Assembly (NCBI GenBank): GCA_963803435.1
Contig: CAWDML010000009.1
Location: forward strand, 1,728,001 to 1,792,000
Reading direction: 5' to 3'
Source of the DNA: an uncultured delta proteobacterium
Lineage (GTDB): Bacteria; Myxococcota; Kuafuiibacteriia; Kuafuiibacteriales; Kuafuiibacteriaceae
Length of the DNA stretch: 64,000 nt
Shown here: one piece after another, positions 1 to 9,966 of the stretch
Layout: the number at the start of each line of letters is the position of its first letter
Numbering within the stretch: the stretch's first letter is position 1
The notes under the pieces: generated by a model
The model's input: only the letters and a program-made list of their open reading frames with translations
Told to the model about the DNA's origin: nothing
Databases searched by the model: none
Position numbers and translations under genes: made by a program

Positions 1-720
1 GCGCGCCACGTCGAGCCCGATCGCGGTGGCCGCCTCGTCGCCCAGCAGCAGCACCGTCTGCCAGCGGGCGGTCACCGCCAGCGCCGCGGTCGCGGGGAGC
101 GCCAGGGCGGCGGCCCAGCCCAGCCCGCTCCACTCGGCGCCGCCCAGCCCACCCATCAACCAGAACATCACGCCGCGGACCGCCGTCGCCTCCGGCACCA
201 GGTACAAGAGGAAGCCGGTCACCGCCGAGGCGAACGAGCTGAGCGCGACGCCGGCGAGCAAGAGGCGGAGCGGCGGCAACCGGCCATCCACCTTGGCCAC
301 GCGGTACACCACGATCACCGACACCAGCGCGGTCGCGAATGCGAGCAGGGCACCACCGCCGGCGGCGACGACCGCCGAGCCCGCGATCACCGCCAGCGCC
401 GCGCCGACGGACGCGCCAGCCGAGATCCCGAGGATGTACGGATCGGCCAGCGGGTTCCGCATGACCGCCTGGAGCGTGGCACCGACGATCGCGAGGCAGC
501 CGCCCACCAGGATCGATCCCGCGATGCGCGGGAGGCGGATCTCCAGAAGGATCTGGCGCATCGACGGCGGGGCCCGATCGAAGAGCACGTCCGAGACCGA
601 GACGTGGGCAGCGCCGACCGTGAGCGCGAGGACCGCACCGATCACCAGCGCGGCCGCACCGGCCGAGAGCAGGATCGCGTACCCGCCTGGTGAGAGCCGC
701 CGATCGAACGGTCGGGTCAT
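1..720 (-). CDS. FecCD/BtuC-family ABC transporter permease (iron-siderophore/cobalamin), 3' end beyond window edge
   Basis: Read manually from ATG at 720 (not in ORF track): MTRPFDRR...LLEIRLPRIAGSILVGGCLAIVGATLQAVMRNPLADPYILGISAGAS...LLLGDEAATAIGLDV. IRLPR, RNPLADP and GDEAA are FecCD hallmarks. Confidence 0.9.
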   Translation of the reverse strand, partial: MTRPFDRRLSPGGYAILLSAGAAALVIGAVLALTVGAAHVSVSDVLFDRAPPSMRQILLEIRLPRIAGSILVGGCLAIVGATLQAVMRNPLADPYILGISAGASVGAALAVIAGSAVVAAGGGALLAFATALVSVIVVYRVAKVDGRLPPLRLLLAGVALSSFASAVTGFLLYLVPEATAVRGVMFWLMGGLGGAEWSGLGWAAALALPATAALAVTARWQTVLLLGDEAATAIGLDVAR

Positions 721-742
721 CGCCCCGCACGCCGGTTGCGTA

Positions 743-1324
743 TCAACGGTACCTCACGACCATGGACCCCTTCGCGAGATCATCGGGAAGCGCTCGCCGA
801 ACCCGCTCGGCCGCATCGTCACTGCCGTAGCTGCCGACCCGGACACGATACCAGCCGCCCTTGTGTCCCTTCGAGGGGACCAGGTGGATCGGAAGCGAGG
901 CCAGTGGATCGGGGTGCGCGCGCACGAAGGCGAGCGCCTCGTCGCGGCCCGGGAACGCGCCGAGCTGGATCCCGTACCGCCCCGCCGGAGCGCGGCTCTT
1001 CAGATCCAGCTCGGCGAGCTTTGGAGGCGGCGCGGCCGGCGTCTCGAGCGTGGACGGCGGCGGCGGTGTCTCCTGCGCCACGGGGGGCTCGGGAGGTGCA
1101 GGCGGTTCGTCGACGTCGAGGGCGTCCAGCACCCCTTGCGTCGAGACCGGGGCCGGCGCCTCCGCGGTCCACCGTCCCAGCGACCAGCCGAGGAGAAAGA
1201 TCAACAAGGCGAGGGCCGCGCCGGCGCCCGCGCCGATCCAGAGCGCGTTCCGCGGGAGCGTGACGGCGATGGTGTCGCGCCGCGGCCGGGCGACGTGCGC
1301 GCGATGGACCGCCTCCGACCTCAT
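743..1324 (-). CDS. SPOR-domain membrane protein
   Basis: C-terminal part of ORF 743..1951. ATG at 1324 overlaps the upstream stop. TM helix, Pro-rich linker, then YGIQLGAF...WYRVRVGSY typical of SPOR. Confidence 0.8.
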   Translation of the reverse strand: MRSEAVHRAHVARPRRDTIAVTLPRNALWIGAGAGAALALLIFLLGWSLGRWTAEAPAPVSTQGVLDALDVDEPPAPPEPPVAQETPPPPSTLETPAAPPPKLAELDLKSRAPAGRYGIQLGAFPGRDEALAFVRAHPDPLASLPIHLVPSKGHKGGWYRVRVGSYGSDDAAERVRRALPDDLAKGSMVVRYR

Positions 1325-3672
1325 CGCGTCGCTCGAAGGAGGTAGATCGCGCCGGACTCCATGTTGCCCACCACCAGATCGTCGACGCCGTCGCCGTCCA
1401 CATCGGCGCAGGCCATCGGCCCGCCAACCCCGCCTCCCGGGAGCGCGCGCTCGTCGGGGGGATCGAGGAGACCGCCACGACCATCGCCCGAGAAGATGTA
1501 GACCGTACCGCGCTCGCGGGTCGCGAGGGCCACGTCGAGGTTGTCGTCGCCGTTGAAGTCTCCGGTGCACATCCCGTCGGGCTGGAAGTCGAGCTGATGT
1601 CGCCGGCAACCGCCTACGCTGGGCGTGCGGAGATCGAAGACCGATTCCTGGCCGTCGGTGTAATAGACGCCCAGGCAGCCCGCCGCCGTCTGTCCCTCGG
1701 GCAGCGCGCGCCAGATGGGACACGACATCCCGAAGTTGGATCCCTCGAGACACGGCGCACGCGCGTACCAGGCGACGTCCGCCCGGTGGGGATCGTTGTT
1801 CTCCTCCTCGGAGACGTAGTCGAGATCGAGGATCGCAGCCCCATGGATCGGCGCGTTGATGATCGGCTCGCCCTTCCACACGAAGGAGCTCGAGGCCGGC
1901 TTCGCCTCGAGCAGCTCCAGGCCTCCGATCGAGGGCGCGACGATGTCCCAATCCTGTGCCGACTTGAGGGGTCCGGCCGCCAGCGCGAAGGGGAGCACGG
2001 GAGCGTCCGTGTCGCCGACGTAGATCCGATCCGGAACCTTGCAGTTGCAGCCGTCATGTCCGGTGCAACCGTTGCCGTGCTCCGTGTCGAGGCACGCGCA
2101 GGTCGAGACCTCCGGGTTGATGTTGTCGCAGGACAGCTGCTCGAGCTGACAGCCACCCTTGTTGTACGTGACCAGCCCTTGCGGCCGGTTCTCCGAGATC
2201 AAGAGATCGATCATCTTGTCCCGGGCCACGCAGACGCCCGGCTCGTTCGTGTTGTTGCAGTCCGAGCACTCGCACCGCTCGGCCGGCGGGCACCCGCCCA
2301 CCTCGGGCGTGGTGGCGTTGGTCGGCAGGCAGCGGTTGGCGCGGCTGCACGGATGCGTGTTCCGGCTCCGGCCCTGTGCCGCCATCGCGATGCCGGCGTA
2401 CGACGTCCTCGAGGAGTGGAACGCGGACAGCCCGATCGCGTTCGAGCCGGTCATCGTGTTCCGGCTGTCGAGCTTCATCCCGCCTGCGTCCTCGCCGAAG
2501 ATCAGGATCTCCGCGCCCTCGCACTGGCTGCTCTGACAGTCGGCGCGCCGGCTGTTCACGAACGCGAGCTCGTCCCGACCCGCGGGCGGCGCGAAGTCTC
2601 CGATCACCAGGCCGGCCGGCAGGACCCCGAACCCCGCGGGCGGCGGCGTGACCGTCGCCTGCTGCGCGCTCGTGCCCAGGTCCATCACCACGGCCAGGAC
2701 GCTCTGCCCGAACGGCGCGCCGGGCGAAAGGCCCGCCGCACAGGCCTGCTCGCTGGTGCCGTCACATCCGAGCGCCGCCAGGTCCAGGCCCGCACCGCCG
2801 CCGAGATTGCCGAGGGCCAGCGCGATCGGCCGGGTCCCATCGAGCGCACCGATCGTCACCGACATGCCGTCCCCGACCGGCTCCGTCACGCTGACGCTGA
2901 ACGTCTGCTCGGAGCGAGCGCCGCCGCCGATCTCATCCAGATCGGGGGCGTGCGCGACGATCTGTCCGTTCCCGGAGCGCGCGGGGAGCTGCACGCGGAC
3001 CGAGGCCCGGCCGGTCGCATCGGTGTACGTCCTCGCATCCGAGAGCAGCACGAAATCGTCCATCACGCTGGTGAAGTCCACCGGAACACCCGGGATGAGG
3101 TACGTGCCTCCGATGCCGTTCGGCGAGTCGGCCTCGACGCGTACGCTGAGCGGCACCGACAGCTCCTGCCCGGCACGTCCGACCTGACGGTCGCCGGCGT
3201 TCTTCACCATCCGCGCGCTCTCGGGGAGCACCAGCTTCATCTCGATCTCGACGTCGAGGTGCTCCTTCTTCTTGCCCTCCGAATCGAAGCGGTCGGTGCA
3301 GCCCTCCAGGACAGGCGTCGCGTCTTCTTCGGTGGTGGCGTACCCGAGCACGTAGATGATCTGGCGGCCGGTGGGCACCTTGTCCAGCTCGAGCTTGTCG
3401 ATCCAGTCCGGGCTGCAAGGATCGAGGCACTGGTAGTCGCCGCGGATGGGCGTCCCGATCGGATCTTTTCCCTCGCGCGCCAGGTTCTCGAAGTCGGTGC
3501 AGTCGCGATCGGTGGCGGTGGCCGCGCCGGTGTCCGGGCTGTAGGCCTCGACGCGAAGGCGCCGCACGGACGACTGGCTGGCGGCGTTCGGAAACACGAT
3601 GGCGACGCTGGTCTCTCCGGAGCCGCAGGCCACGAGGAACAACAGCGGGGACGCGGCCAGGATCCGTCTCAT
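1321..3672 (-). CDS. Cys-rich lipoprotein with Ig-like domain and FG-GAP/VCBS repeats (783 aa)
   Basis: Start MRRILAASPLLFLVAC (lipobox). GDFNGDDNLDVALA, GDGRGGL and ADVDGDGVDDLVVG are FG-GAP-type Ca2+ motifs. Confidence 0.75.
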   Translation of the reverse strand: MRRILAASPLLFLVACGSGETSVAIVFPNAASQSSVRRLRVEAYSPDTGAATATDRDCTDFENLAREGKDPIGTPIRGDYQCLDPCSPDWIDKLELDKVPTGRQIIYVLGYATTEEDATPVLEGCTDRFDSEGKKKEHLDVEIEMKLVLPESARMVKNAGDRQVGRAGQELSVPLSVRVEADSPNGIGGTYLIPGVPVDFTSVMDDFVLLSDARTYTDATGRASVRVQLPARSGNGQIVAHAPDLDEIGGGARSEQTFSVSVTEPVGDGMSVTIGALDGTRPIALALGNLGGGAGLDLAALGCDGTSEQACAAGLSPGAPFGQSVLAVVMDLGTSAQQATVTPPPAGFGVLPAGLVIGDFAPPAGRDELAFVNSRRADCQSSQCEGAEILIFGEDAGGMKLDSRNTMTGSNAIGLSAFHSSRTSYAGIAMAAQGRSRNTHPCSRANRCLPTNATTPEVGGCPPAERCECSDCNNTNEPGVCVARDKMIDLLISENRPQGLVTYNKGGCQLEQLSCDNINPEVSTCACLDTEHGNGCTGHDGCNCKVPDRIYVGDTDAPVLPFALAAGPLKSAQDWDIVAPSIGGLELLEAKPASSSFVWKGEPIINAPIHGAAILDLDYVSEEENNDPHRADVAWYARAPCLEGSNFGMSCPIWRALPEGQTAAGCLGVYYTDGQESVFDLRTPSVGGCRRHQLDFQPDGMCTGDFNGDDNLDVALATRERGTVYIFSGDGRGGLLDPPDERALPGGGVGGPMACADVDGDGVDDLVVGNMESGAIYLLRATR

Positions 3673-3679
3673 CGATCGA

Positions 3680-5995
3680 TCACTCCGCGCCCGGCGTATA
3701 CCACCGGAGTCGGTTGTCGCCACCCTGCTTGCAGACCACCGCCACGTCCGTCTTGCCGTCATTGTCGAAGTCCGGGAGGGCGAAGTCGCGCAGCGGGTTG
3801 CACTTGTCCTGAGAGGACGACGACAGCTCGCACTGCGACAGCACGATCCCCTTCTCGACCTCGCCGAGGCCACGGTTGCTGGCGCCCAGCCACACGTGAA
3901 CCTCTTCGCTCGATCCGAAGAGCACCGCCAGATCTTCATGACCGTCGGCGTTGAAATCACCGACCTCGGCCGTGCGCGGATCGCGCGGATCCCCCTGCCC
4001 GGCCAGCTTCCGCGGGATCAGCTCCACGTTCGTCCCGAGCGTGGAGAAGAGATCCTCCTCGAGACAGACGTCGTTCGGCGTGCCGTAGATGACGCGGATC
4101 GTCCCCGGATCGTCGAAGCTCCCCCCGCCCAGCGACTTGGCGGCCACCACCACCACGTCGTCGAACGGGCAGGGCTCGATCGCCGGGTTGCACTGGAAGT
4201 GCCCCCGCACCACGTCGCGCACGGGCACCAGATCGCCGAAGCGGCAGGGCTGGCCGCACGAGAGCGCCGAGTCGCCGCCCTCCAGATCCTGGGCGTACTT
4301 CACGAACGCACCGCCCGGCGCGCCGATCACCAGGTCGACCGAGCCCGTCTCGGATCCTCCGAAGTTGATCAGCTCGAACGTCGAGGGCGCCTGGGCGAAG
4401 AGCCCGCAGGCGCAGCCCTGGGGTGAGTAGAGCCCGGGGCCGGTGTTCCGGGCCGAGAAGTACGTCGTCAGCGGCAGGTCCGCGTTGGTGGCGAGGGCGA
4501 GATCGGCCAGGCCGTCGCCGTCGATGTCCTTGTGCGAGATGCTGACCTCGGTCTGGAACTCGACCTTCAACCGGCACGCCACCGGCGCGGTCATGCATCG
4601 ATTGAACCCCGAGGCGCAGATCTCGCCGGTCCCGCAGCCCCCGGTCGCGCAGCTCGAGAGCGAGCCGCAGAACCACGTGCCGCAGTCCTCCGCGATCACC
4701 CCAGTGGCGCCGTCGTGCGGATGAAGCGCGGTGCCGTCCCAGGTGTACAGGTAGAGCTTGAGCTGGTCGTTCGCCGACGTCACCACGGCCAGCACCGGCT
4801 GCCGCTGGTTCCGCTCGTCGTAGTAGAAGCCTTGGACGGCACGCGGGGTCTCGTCCATGTACGTGTACCGGATCTCGTCCTCGGTTCCGGGCACCGTCGG
4901 GTTCACCACCGAGAGATACGCGTTCTGGCCGTCGTCGTAGAGGATCGCGACGAAGTCCGGACCGTCGCCGCCGGGGAGCAGGGCCATCTTCTGCGGCTCG
5001 ATCCCCGTCATCAGACGTCGCTCGTTGCCGCAGTTGAACTTGGCGACGGGATCGACGCACTGCACGTCGAAGCGCACCGGGTTGGCGCTGCTCCCCATGA
5101 TCTGGGCCTCGACGCCGATGGGCGTCTCGCAGCCGTCCACGGAGAGCTGACCGCGCGCCACCCCCTTGGGGTTCGTCAGCACGACCTGCGACTTCGGCGT
5201 GCTCCCCCCGCCGGGCTGATCGATCGTGAAGAGGATCGGCACGTTGCGGAGATCGTTCAGCTCGTCGCACGGCTGCTGGCACTGGAAGCACTCCGAGGAG
5301 AGCGGCGCGTCGTCGCAGCGGACGGTCTCCACGCACACCGCCGGGCCCGGCGACACCTGCTGATTCCTCGGCGAGGTCAGATCCTGGACCGTGCACGCCG
5401 CCAGGTGGAACTCGGGGGTCACGACGGGCTTCAGATCCACCGACCGCTCGCGCTCGTCACCGTTCTCCCCGCCCAGCATCGGGCACGCCGCCTTCACCTC
5501 GGCGTCGAGACGCCGATCCGTGTGGCCGCCGTCGAGGGTCCGCACGCAGTAGCAGGCCGCCAGGAGCGTCGCGGAGATCTGACCACCGCCCTGCTCCTCG
5601 GGCGCCCGCACGTCACCGCGCGCCTCGATGTACACGAGCACCGCGCCCCAGGGGTTGTTGGGGTCGTCGCCGCTCACGTTCGGGACGTCGATGCTCCAGT
5701 CGCCGCTGAAGGGGAAGGTCTGACTCTCCCGCTCGCGGAGCACCTCGCCCAGGTTCGGGAAGGTCCCAATCGTCTCGGGATCCAGGAGCCGCGTCGGCGG
5801 GAAGACGCCGACCTTGTCGCAGCCGACGAACTCGGGGACATCGCTGTCCGGCTTCACCAGGATCGGCGCGTACGCGGTGAACGCCACCACGGTGGTCGCG
5901 TCCAGGGCGGCCTGCGACGGGAAGTAGAGGGTCACCTCCTCCGCGGCGCCCTTGCAGCCGGTGGCGAGACACAGAACCAGGACCAGGCGTCGCAT
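3680..5995 (-). CDS. Cys-rich FG-GAP repeat lipoprotein, paralogue of the adjacent gene (771 aa)
   Basis: MRRLVLVLCLATGC lipobox. Repeats DIDGDGLADLALA, DLVIGAP, GDFNADGHEDLAV and DFDNDGKTDVAV. Confidence 0.75.
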   Translation of the reverse strand: MRRLVLVLCLATGCKGAAEEVTLYFPSQAALDATTVVAFTAYAPILVKPDSDVPEFVGCDKVGVFPPTRLLDPETIGTFPNLGEVLRERESQTFPFSGDWSIDVPNVSGDDPNNPWGAVLVYIEARGDVRAPEEQGGGQISATLLAACYCVRTLDGGHTDRRLDAEVKAACPMLGGENGDERERSVDLKPVVTPEFHLAACTVQDLTSPRNQQVSPGPAVCVETVRCDDAPLSSECFQCQQPCDELNDLRNVPILFTIDQPGGGSTPKSQVVLTNPKGVARGQLSVDGCETPIGVEAQIMGSSANPVRFDVQCVDPVAKFNCGNERRLMTGIEPQKMALLPGGDGPDFVAILYDDGQNAYLSVVNPTVPGTEDEIRYTYMDETPRAVQGFYYDERNQRQPVLAVVTSANDQLKLYLYTWDGTALHPHDGATGVIAEDCGTWFCGSLSSCATGGCGTGEICASGFNRCMTAPVACRLKVEFQTEVSISHKDIDGDGLADLALATNADLPLTTYFSARNTGPGLYSPQGCACGLFAQAPSTFELINFGGSETGSVDLVIGAPGGAFVKYAQDLEGGDSALSCGQPCRFGDLVPVRDVVRGHFQCNPAIEPCPFDDVVVVAAKSLGGGSFDDPGTIRVIYGTPNDVCLEEDLFSTLGTNVELIPRKLAGQGDPRDPRTAEVGDFNADGHEDLAVLFGSSEEVHVWLGASNRGLGEVEKGIVLSQCELSSSSQDKCNPLRDFALPDFDNDGKTDVAVVCKQGGDNRLRWYTPGAE

Positions 5996-5996
5996 C

Positions 5997-6860
5997 TCAC
6001 CCTCCGCCCACCACGCCGCCATTTTTGATCCGGAGGGTGGTGGTGTCGCCGCCGCCGTTCGTCGCCACGACCGCCAGCGCCACGCCCCCGATCACCGCCG
6101 CGCCGATGGCGGTCCAGAACCACCACTGGCTGGCAACGCCGCCGCCGCCCTCCTCGTAGGGTGCGACCTTGAACTCGAGGGGCTTCTTGACGCTGCCCTC
6201 CTCATCGAGGGTCCCCTCCCAGCGATCGATGGCGCGGATGAAGTACTCCATCTCGTAGCCCTTCTCGTCCGGGGGTACGGAGAGGGCCGGGATGACGACG
6301 GAGACGTTCTCGTCCGCGCGAGCGGTCACGACCGTATAGATCTTGATCCCCTTCCTCCGGAAGTAGACCTGGATCTGATCGACCAGCCGAAGCGGATCGA
6401 CGACCTTCACCGGGAGCGACACCGGCGCGTTCGCCTGCACCTCGCCGGGCGCCGTGTGGACCAGCTTCAGCTCGCGCCGCTCCACCGGCACGCGTTTGGC
6501 GTCGTCGAAGCAGTTCTTGATCTTGGGAGGGACGTCCGCAGGCATCGCGTACTCGGGATCGAGCGCCAGGAGGATCTCGAAGGCGCGCTGGCAGCGCTCG
6601 CGCTCGGCGTTGACCGCGTCGACGAAGGCTTTCAAGCGATAGATCTCCGCCAGATCCCAGCGGCAGTTCTTCGCGTATTCGATCGCGCGCTGGAGGGTGC
6701 GGGCCGCCCGATCGAACTCCAGACGATCGTACTCGTCCTTCGCGCGGGACAGGTGGGGGTTCGACCGACACTCCGCCTGCGAGCTCTGAGCCGCCGCCGG
6801 GCGCGGCGCCCAGGTCGCGATCGATGCCAGGACCAAGATCAGGACGCCCGTTTTCCGCAC
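5997..6860 (-). CDS. Exported TPR-like protein with Ig-like domain and C-terminal hydrophobic anchor
   Basis: GTG start giving signal peptide ...PAAA|QSS. Helical segment AFEILLALDPEYAMP...PPKI; C-terminal WWFWTAIGAAVIGG segment. Start uncertain. Confidence 0.6.
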   Translation of the reverse strand: MRKTGVLILVLASIATWAPRPAAAQSSQAECRSNPHLSRAKDEYDRLEFDRAARTLQRAIEYAKNCRWDLAEIYRLKAFVDAVNAERERCQRAFEILLALDPEYAMPADVPPKIKNCFDDAKRVPVERRELKLVHTAPGEVQANAPVSLPVKVVDPLRLVDQIQVYFRRKGIKIYTVVTARADENVSVVIPALSVPPDEKGYEMEYFIRAIDRWEGTLDEEGSVKKPLEFKVAPYEEGGGGVASQWWFWTAIGAAVIGGVALAVVATNGGGDTTTLRIKNGGVVGGG

Positions 6861-6917
6861 GATGCACACGACCTTACCTTGAGGAAGGCTCACCTGGAAG
6901 AGTCGGCCTTTCGTGGC

Positions 6918-6923
6918 TACAAT
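6918..6923 (+). promoter_or_regulatory. -10 box TACAAT, 7 nt before ATG 6931 (putative leaderless promoter)
   Basis: tggcTACAATcgcgcccATG; no Shine-Dalgarno sequence. Confidence 0.55.
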
Positions 6924-6930
6924 CGCGCCC

Positions 6931-8223
6931 ATGTCTTGGCTGCTCCGACTCTCGGGCGCGTTCGCCATCGTCTCATCGGTTGTACTCGTGGCGGTCGCGG
7001 TCGGGCCCGGGTGCCAGACACGCTGCAACAACAACTTCGACTGCGGCAACGGCGACGGGTACTGCAACGTGGGCCTGGGCCGCTGCGAGACGCAGTGTTT
7101 CACGGATCAGGACTGCCGGATGCCGCCGGAGTGCCAGAGCAACCCGCTCAACTGCCGGCCCAACGGGTTCCGCTGCAACGGCCTCGGCCGCTGCGTCGGC
7201 AAGTTCTCCTTCAACCGCGTGGGCGCCACCACCGCGGTGCCGGTCGATACGGTCCCGACCGAGATCGACGGCTGGGATGATCCGCCGGGATCGGGCCGCG
7301 CCTTCATCGTCAACCAGATCGCGATCGCCGGAAAGGACCGCGGCTTCGACATCGACGGCAGCTGCACCGACAACGACGGCTGCATCGACAACTTCCTCTG
7401 GCGCCTGGGCGAGCTGGGCAACGATCAGATCCGCCAGGGTCTGCTCGGCGGCGAGTCGCTGCTCCTCATCGAGCTGGCGGGGCTCGACGAGCCGTACCGC
7501 GGCGAGGACGACTCGGTGACCGTGAAGATCTACGGCGCTCGCGACGCCGACGATCCGTTCTTCCCGGCGAACAACTTCAAGGTGCCCCCGGGCCGCACGA
7601 CCTGCTGCGAGTTCAAGATCAACCCGCAGTCGCTGAACAGCCCGCCGCCGCAGGCCCGGGCCCGTGCGCCGGCCCGCATCGAGCGGGGCCGCCTGCGCTC
7701 GCTCGCGCCCGTCCCGATCCAGTTCACGCTGACGGTCGGCGTGCCGCCGCACCCCGAGATCCGGCTGGAGCGCGTGCTGATCTCGGGCCGCATCCCCTCG
7801 ACGTTGAAGGAGTTCAACGAGGGCCTGCTCGGTGGCGCCGTCCCGATCAACACGCTCGCACAGACCGAGAACCCTTACTGCAAGACGGTCAGCCCCCGCT
7901 GTCCGGTGCAATTCACGGACTCCACGCTGATCGACCTGGTCAGCACGCTGCTCGGCCCCCGGCCCGACGTCGATCTCGACTTCGACGGGATCGAGTGCGT
8001 CCGGGACACCAATGGCGACGGCGCCATCGACCTCTGCTGCAACGGCGAGGTCGGCGTCGACAACTGCTCGAGCGCCTTGACCTCGTGCCCGGGACGGGAG
8101 GTCGCTCCCATCAACCCGTCTCAACCATGGTCCTGTGCGCTCCATCCCGACATCGCCGACGGCTACTCGGTCGGCATCACGTTCAACGCCGTGGCAGCCA
8201 CGATCGTCGGCGTCGGCCAGTGA
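6931..8223 (+). CDS. Cys-rich lipoprotein of unknown function (430 aa)
   Basis: Hydrophobic N-terminus ending VGPGC; EGF/Dickkopf-like Cys cluster; acidic loops GFDIDG...IDN and DTNGDG. Confidence 0.7.
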   Translation: MSWLLRLSGAFAIVSSVVLVAVAVGPGCQTRCNNNFDCGNGDGYCNVGLGRCETQCFTDQDCRMPPECQSNPLNCRPNGFRCNGLGRCVGKFSFNRVGATTAVPVDTVPTEIDGWDDPPGSGRAFIVNQIAIAGKDRGFDIDGSCTDNDGCIDNFLWRLGELGNDQIRQGLLGGESLLLIELAGLDEPYRGEDDSVTVKIYGARDADDPFFPANNFKVPPGRTTCCEFKINPQSLNSPPPQARARAPARIERGRLRSLAPVPIQFTLTVGVPPHPEIRLERVLISGRIPSTLKEFNEGLLGGAVPINTLAQTENPYCKTVSPRCPVQFTDSTLIDLVSTLLGPRPDVDLDFDGIECVRDTNGDGAIDLCCNGEVGVDNCSSALTSCPGREVAPINPSQPWSCALHPDIADGYSVGITFNAVAATIVGVGQ

Positions 8224-9359
8224 GCATCCGCGGGCCCCTCGCGACCGTCCTCCTGGTGCTGGCGACCTCGCCGGCCCACGCCGAGGACAAGCTGCCCATC
8301 GCGGTCATGGAGCTGGCCGGGCGCGGTGTGGACGAGGCCTTCGCCGGCGCCCTCACCACCGAGGTCAGCAACACGATCGCGGCCCTGCGCGTGTTCCGGG
8401 TGATCACGCGCGAGGACATCAAGCGGATGCTGCAGCTCGAGCAGACCAAGCAGCAGTGCACCGGCACGGTGGACGCAGCCTGCATGGCCGAGATCGGCGG
8501 CGCGCTGGGCGTGGAGTATCTCGTCTACGGCGAGGTGGCGAAGATCGCGGACACGTACAGCCTCAGCATCGTCCTGCTCGACATCAACAAGGCGCAGGCC
8601 GCCAACCGCGTGAACAAGAAGATCGCCAACGCACGCGATCTGCTCGACGAGACCGAGCTCTCCACGAAGCTGCTGGTCCAGCCGCTCCTCGCCGACAAGA
8701 AGGGCTTCCTGATCGTCGAGACCCGCGAGACCGGCGCCAAGGTCTCGATCGACGATCGCCTGGTGGGCCTCACGCCGCTGGCGGGCCGGCTCGAGCTCTC
8801 GATGGGCGCCCATCAGATGCAGGTCGAGAAGGAGGGGTTCCTCGTCTGGGCGAAGACCATCGACGTGACCCCGAACCAGGCGAACGTCGAGCAGGTCGCC
8901 ATGGTGCCGAGCCAGGGCTTCATCGAACAGTACCGGTCGACGGCGCAGATCACGCGTATCTTCGCCTGGACCACGGCGGGGCTGGGCGCAGCTCTGATCG
9001 GGACGAGCGTGGTGCTCAAGCTGGTGGGCGACGCTCGCTTCGACGATCTGATCTCGAAGGGCTATCTCACGCAGCAGGCGAGCGTCTGCGCCGAAGCGAA
9101 CCCGAACTACAACGGCACCGACTTCTGCCCCACTCCGCGCGGCTACGAGAATGGCGTGGTCGGCGACGTGAACTCGATCGAGACCTCCGACACGGTGGCG
9201 CTCGCCGTCGGGATCACGGGCGGTGTGAGTGCGTTGGTGTCGGCCATCCTCTTCCTCGTGGGCGAGGACCCGGATCGATACAAGGCGTACGGCACCAGCA
9301 CTCAGACCACAGCGCTCGTTCCGGTACCCGGTGGGATCGGTTTCCAGGCCAGTTTCTAG
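8220..9359 (+). CDS. PEGA-domain exported protein with N-terminal TolB-N/CsgG-like domain
   Basis: GTG overlaps the upstream TGA. Signal ...PAHA|ED; ACMAEIGGALGVEYLVYGEV; PEGA-like GAKVSIDDRLVGLTPL...GAHQMQVEKEGF; terminal F. Confidence 0.75.
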   Translation: MSIRGPLATVLLVLATSPAHAEDKLPIAVMELAGRGVDEAFAGALTTEVSNTIAALRVFRVITREDIKRMLQLEQTKQQCTGTVDAACMAEIGGALGVEYLVYGEVAKIADTYSLSIVLLDINKAQAANRVNKKIANARDLLDETELSTKLLVQPLLADKKGFLIVETRETGAKVSIDDRLVGLTPLAGRLELSMGAHQMQVEKEGFLVWAKTIDVTPNQANVEQVAMVPSQGFIEQYRSTAQITRIFAWTTAGLGAALIGTSVVLKLVGDARFDDLISKGYLTQQASVCAEANPNYNGTDFCPTPRGYENGVVGDVNSIETSDTVALAVGITGGVSALVSAILFLVGEDPDRYKAYGTSTQTTALVPVPGGIGFQASF

Positions 9360-9374
9360 TATTCTGGCGGCGAA

Positions 9375-9881
9375 ATGCGAAACGCGGCGCTCTGTGTCGT
9401 CCTGCTGCTCTCCGCCTGTAACAGCGCGAGCGGCGACGACGAACCGATGTTCGACCTCCCTCAGATCCTGGCCGACAACTCCCCGATCTGTCTGTCGTAC
9501 GAGCCGACCACGCTCGACGAGACGCGCAACTATACCGCGCTGCTCCGCAACGACGGCCGCCAGCAGCTCGTGATCAGCGACGGCGAGATCACCGAGGACG
9601 AGCGGGGCCACTTCGAGCTGGTCGGCATCGAGCCGAAGCAGGTCGACACATTCGACAGCGCCGCCACGATGCTCCGCTACAAGCCGACGGCCGAGGGCTG
9701 GGACACCGCGCTCCTGACGATCAACTCGAACGCGCAAAATTATCCGTCCTACCGGATCTTCATCCTCGCGCTGGGAAGGCCGGCCGGCGTGGACGACACC
9801 TGGGATCCGGGACCGAAGCCCGCCGAGGCGGGCACGGGAGACGACGAGGCCTGCAAGAACGACTACAAGCCGCGGCAGTAG
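9375..9881 (+). CDS. Small lipoprotein with Ig-like (ASH/choice-of-anchor D-like) domain
   Basis: LLSAC lipobox; LRNDGRQQLVI...YKPTAEG...LTINSN pattern. Confidence 0.6.
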   Translation: MRNAALCVVLLLSACNSASGDDEPMFDLPQILADNSPICLSYEPTTLDETRNYTALLRNDGRQQLVISDGEITEDERGHFELVGIEPKQVDTFDSAATMLRYKPTAEGWDTALLTINSNAQNYPSYRIFILALGRPAGVDDTWDPGPKPAEAGTGDDEACKNDYKPRQ

Positions 9882-9966
9882 ATCATCGCCTGTGGAGATG
9901 CGCCTCGGATCGCGGCGCTGGTAGAGCGAGCCGGGTCCGGTACGCGGACTGCACAACGTACGCAAG

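Noticed and set aside
721-742. Cobalamin riboswitch or Fur box upstream of the FecCD permease
   Set aside because: Only 22 bp of GC-rich intergenic sequence, with no matching motif.
3430-5630. RGD tripeptides in both FG-GAP lipoproteins
   Set aside because: Different local contexts (PIRGDY vs EARGDV); R, G and D are abundant in high-GC proteomes, so chance is sufficient.
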